Of a stretch of DNA of 64,000 nt, positions 60,433-64,000 are shown in pieces; positions within the stretch are counted from its first letter, which is position 1; each line of letters begins with the position of its first letter. Source of the stretch: Promethearchaeati archaeon (GTDB lineage Archaea > Asgardarchaeota > Heimdallarchaeia > Heimdallarchaeales > Heimdallarchaeaceae). The position numbers and the translations under genes were made by a program. Where the stretch lies: assembly GCA_013166775.1 (NCBI GenBank), contig JABLTJ010000015.1, forward strand, positions 1-64,000. Reading direction: 5' to 3'. Below the pieces are notes generated by a model. It was not told where the DNA came from. It searched no databases and worked only from the letters and a program-made list of their open reading frames with translations.

Positions 60433-61548
60433 TTGAGTCTCAAAAACGAAGATTATCTTATTCTTAAACACATACTCCAAGAACCAATATTACCCCATAG
60501 CAAACTTGCAGAAAAGGTAAAATTGTCCCCACCTACTGTAAAAAAGAGAATTGAGGGTCTATTGGATGCAAATATAATAACTAGTTTTCACGCGGAATAT
60601 CATCCTGAATCCGTGGGTCTTGAAAGCCATATTTTTATACTGCGAGTGGATTCAATCGATAAATATTGGATAGTTGAAAGGATAATCGACTACCACCCAT
60701 ATTTAGTCGTACGTCAAAGATGTTATGGAGGGATAACTGGAATATTCATCAAAGTTCATATTCCAATAGACTCAATTAACAAATTTCTGAACTTTTTGGA
60801 TTATCTAAAAGAAAGCAATCTTGTAGAGGAAATAGTTCATTCCACAACAATAGGACGAGGAATTAAAACACGTATTGATTTAACTTATTGGGATCCCATA
60901 TTAAAGAAGTGGTTGTTTAAATGGGATATTTGGAAAAAAAATATAGATAGCGTAGATTATGTACCCCAATTTGATTATTTTCAACGAATTGCGAGAGAGA
61001 AACCTAAGAATGTTATAAGGCAATTGAAGCATCTTGATTTTTTGATACTAAAGGAACTCGTCCATAATCCAACACAAAAGTATGTACTCCTATCAAAACA
61101 GCTAAAACTTCCTCAATATACAGTATCTAGACGTAAAAGATTCCTTAGTAAATATGTAATCCGTAATTATTTAGTAGATTTCGATAGATCGTTCTTTGGT
61201 TTAGAAGATGAATTAGTTTTCAAAGCTATTTGTAGTCAAAGAGCAATGTCCAAGATTATCTATCTTCTACAAAACTTAGATCTCCCATATGAATCAGATT
61301 TTCGTGATACAGAAACAGGTTTTCTCTGGAAAATTCTTCTACCACCAAAAGATAAAATAGAATTAATTAACCTACTCTGGTCTTTATTTCCAGATTTGCA
61401 GATTATGATTCTGGATCCTTATACGACAGTAACTAAGCTTTTCAATCCAGGCAATTACTCATTCATGGATCAATCCTGGAAAGATTCTGAAGATTATATG
61501 ATCAACCAGGTATTGGAAAAAGCAAAAGAAGAACTATTGCTTGCTTAA
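60433..61548 (+). CDS. Tandem (double) Lrp/AsnC-like wHTH regulator
   Basis: HTH 1 LAEKVKLSPPTVKKRI and HTH 2 LSKQLKLPQYTVSRR, each followed by a ferredoxin-like region. Confidence 0.8.
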   Translation: MSLKNEDYLILKHILQEPILPHSKLAEKVKLSPPTVKKRIEGLLDANIITSFHAEYHPESVGLESHIFILRVDSIDKYWIVERIIDYHPYLVVRQRCYGGITGIFIKVHIPIDSINKFLNFLDYLKESNLVEEIVHSTTIGRGIKTRIDLTYWDPILKKWLFKWDIWKKNIDSVDYVPQFDYFQRIAREKPKNVIRQLKHLDFLILKELVHNPTQKYVLLSKQLKLPQYTVSRRKRFLSKYVIRNYLVDFDRSFFGLEDELVFKAICSQRAMSKIIYLLQNLDLPYESDFRDTETGFLWKILLPPKDKIELINLLWSLFPDLQIMILDPYTTVTKLFNPGNYSFMDQSWKDSEDYMINQVLEKAKEELLLA

Positions 61549-61591
61549 CGTACTATATTTTCGCTATATCAGACACATCTTACCTTGGATA

Positions 61592-64000
61592 TCATACAAT
61601 TGCTCGAAGTTCATGTACTATCTCATATTTCATTTGTTTTCTTATGATAGGTATAATCCCAATTAGTGAAGCAGCAAATAAACTTATGATCATCACAATA
61701 AGAATGAGTGCATTAATATGTATGGTCATTGGTACTACTTCCCTTGTAATAAGTAAAGGCTTAATGAAGGTCAAAGTAACCATTGAAGCAAGAAAACCTA
61801 CTGGAATACCAATAGCAAAACTTGTGGTGATGAAGGAAAGAATTTCATTTACAATGCTTTTCCTAACTTTTGATTGTTTTCCACCTAAAGCCAGTAGAAC
61901 CGCATTTTCCTTTCTTCTTTGCTCTAAAATAAAATCTGTGGAAATGAATATATACACAATACCAATAATATTCACAAAAATCGCACCAACTAATAAGATA
62001 TTGTTAGCTGGAGGGATATGTTCACGGATGAAAAAACCAATATAATCGGGATTTATCTTCTCAGGATTTATTACTGCGAACGGATTGATTTTCTTAATTT
62101 CTTCACTAATATATTCAATATCAGCATTTTCCTCTGTTGCTGCCAAAAAGAGTGTTCCATTATTAATTCCTAAACCTCTTATAATCTCTTTATTTACAAG
62201 AACCCACTCAGTAACTTGGCGATTCATTTTTGGATCATAACCATGAGACACACCTAATCCTGGAGCTGAGTTAATAATCGCTGATAATATGAGAGGCTCG
62301 TAAGTACCACCCCTTATATCTTGAATAGTAATTGGGTCACCAATGTTTTTGCGAAATCTCTCTACTAAAAATTTACTCATAATTACTCCAAGAGGATTAT
62401 TCGCAAGTTGAGTTAAAGCTGTTTCAGCTGACATGCCAACAAGACTGGGTTCAATCCATCTTCCAATCTGAAGGAATTTAAGAGGATCAATTCCAAAAAC
62501 CTCAATATCATATAATCTAACTGAGGCTTTTATTGAGTAAAATCCCAAAGCATTTTGAACCCCTTCGATTGATTGTATTTGGTTTTCAAATTTTGTTATA
62601 TTTACTGGTATGGTTGATTGTATTCTTAGGTCAGCTCCTTGTCTATAATCGTCTTCAATATTGTTATTGTGTATACTTGTGGATCGAACAATAATAATTG
62701 TTGTAAGAAGACAAACAATTAGAACTGTAAAGAATGTTAGTTCAGTGAAGCTCTTTCTTATTCTAAGCATGTTTTTCTGAATAAAGAATCCTGTTTTTTT
62801 GAATATTCGATTATATATAGTTTTCATATTTCTTAAGATGAAATTAACACCTAAAGATAGGAAATAACAGGAAAAGAATAGCACTGCAATGAAAAGATAG
62901 AGTGCTCTATAACTTGCTGATATCAAAGATAATCCATAATTTAAACTATTTTCTGCTAACTTTCTGTATTCCAATAAAAGAAAGAACAAAAATCCTGCTA
63001 CTGTCAAAACGAATGCTAAAATTTTTACAGATAGTTCTAAAATCCATTGTCCTTTTTGTGTTACTAGCATAGTTTCTTGAATATCCTTTCTTACATAGAT
63101 AATAACATTAAGGAGAGTAAGTCCTAAATATGAGCCTAAAATAAGAATTGTGAGTATTTCAATATCATAAGGCGATATTTCTATCTCCTGAAAGTACTGA
63201 ATAAAGAGAGACCGATTGAAGAGCTGATTTTGTCCGAAAGAAGGAATTAATGCAGATAGTAGAATTCCAACACCAATGCCTAAGATTAAAGAAATAAAAC
63301 TGATTATAAAAAATTCACCGAAAAAAATTCCGATAATTTGACTACTTGCAGCACCCTTTGATCTAAGAAAAGATATTTCTTCTCTTCGTTTTTTAATCGT
63401 TATCTGTGTTGAAAAGAAAGTCAGAAAAACAGCAGTTGCAATAGTTGGAACAAAGAGATTTGTAGAACCAAAAGCTCTTGCATACTCATTTGTCATTTCC
63501 GCAAGAGCATGATCTAAAACATAGCAGTAAGCATGATAATAACTGACTTGTATTCGATCTCGTAGGGCTAAAAGATTATCTGGCATGTTTGAAATTCCTT
63601 GTTCCCTTAATTGTTGTGCATTTGTCTTAACTAACAATCTTGGAAAAATACCACCACTGTTGGTCATTCTATAAAAATCATAAGGGGTTAAAACATCAGC
63701 TGGGAAGAAGATTGAATCGAAGATTGTTCCCGCGCTTTCTGTTGCTCCTCCACCTACTAACCTGTCAATTATGGTATTATGTCCTACAAATTTGTAGATA
63801 CCCGCAACAGTATAGTTCTCAAAAGTTGTATCTTCTATCTCAAAATCTTGGAACTGTGTTTCCCCTCTATCGGTATTAGGAATCCTTCTGGATATTGCTA
63901 AATTAATTTTATAACCCGGTGTAATCTCTTCATTGTAAATTTCTTCTAATTGTTTTGCTTGAGTATAACTGATTAAGATTTCTCCTGATTGCATACTTGA
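61592..64000 (-). CDS. FtsX-like ABC transporter permease (5'-partial)
   Basis: Two FtsX motifs (KRREEISFLRSKGAS, QRRKENAVLLALGG) and GADL. The frame is open to the window edge. Confidence 0.88.
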   Translation of the reverse strand, partial: SSMQSGEILISYTQAKQLEEIYNEEITPGYKINLAISRRIPNTDRGETQFQDFEIEDTTFENYTVAGIYKFVGHNTIIDRLVGGGATESAGTIFDSIFFPADVLTPYDFYRMTNSGGIFPRLLVKTNAQQLREQGISNMPDNLLALRDRIQVSYYHAYCYVLDHALAEMTNEYARAFGSTNLFVPTIATAVFLTFFSTQITIKKRREEISFLRSKGAASSQIIGIFFGEFFIISFISLILGIGVGILLSALIPSFGQNQLFNRSLFIQYFQEIEISPYDIEILTILILGSYLGLTLLNVIIYVRKDIQETMLVTQKGQWILELSVKILAFVLTVAGFLFFLLLEYRKLAENSLNYGLSLISASYRALYLFIAVLFFSCYFLSLGVNFILRNMKTIYNRIFKKTGFFIQKNMLRIRKSFTELTFFTVLIVCLLTTIIIVRSTSIHNNNIEDDYRQGADLRIQSTIPVNITKFENQIQSIEGVQNALGFYSIKASVRLYDIEVFGIDPLKFLQIGRWIEPSLVGMSAETALTQLANNPLGVIMSKFLVERFRKNIGDPITIQDIRGGTYEPLILSAIINSAPGLGVSHGYDPKMNRQVTEWVLVNKEIIRGLGINNGTLFLAATEENADIEYISEEIKKINPFAVINPEKINPDYIGFFIREHIPPANNILLVGAIFVNIIGIVYIFISTDFILEQRRKENAVLLALGGKQSKVRKSIVNEILSFITTSFAIGIPVGFLASMVTLTFIKPLLITREVVPMTIHINALILIVMIISLFAASLIGIIPIIRKQMKYEIVHELRAIV

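Noticed and set aside
1-64000. CRISPR arrays, rRNA genes, transposases and integrases
   Set aside because: I saw no repeat-spacer periodicity, rRNA-like tracts or recombinase motifs.

Overview
AT-rich archaeal chromosome segment, most likely from an Asgard archaeon (Heimdallarchaeia-like). This is inferred from a two-domain gelsolin, an Arf-derived protein, archaeal DtdA, BHB-type tRNA introns and T-rich terminators. Most genes are housekeeping or metabolic: fdhF and mobA, argF, cysS, cysK, hydantoinase A/B, oppBCDF, uvrBC. There are five tRNAs (Phe, Ala, Thr, Asn, Val). The main candidate novel system is a tightly packed five-gene operon at 48638-54560. It encodes an Arf-like pseudo-GTPase, a ChlI/MoxR-type AAA+ ATPase, a vWA protein, a zincin-like protein lacking its catalytic Glu, and a HEAT-repeat protein. 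Other highlights: (1) tRNA-Phe and tRNA-Asn both carry BHB introns at the non-canonical T-loop position 59/60. (2) A 4-kb islet of exported proteins, with no integrase, is bounded by a 10-bp copy of the tRNA-Phe 3' end and contains a gene frameshifted at a homopolymer. (3) An inverted ORB-like pair (candidate replication origin) lies next to tRNA-Ala with no cdc6 nearby. (4) There are two gelsolin-type proteins, one ending in KKWWQFWK and one with a ~300-aa acidic tail. All assignments come from reading motifs by eye; no database searches were run.
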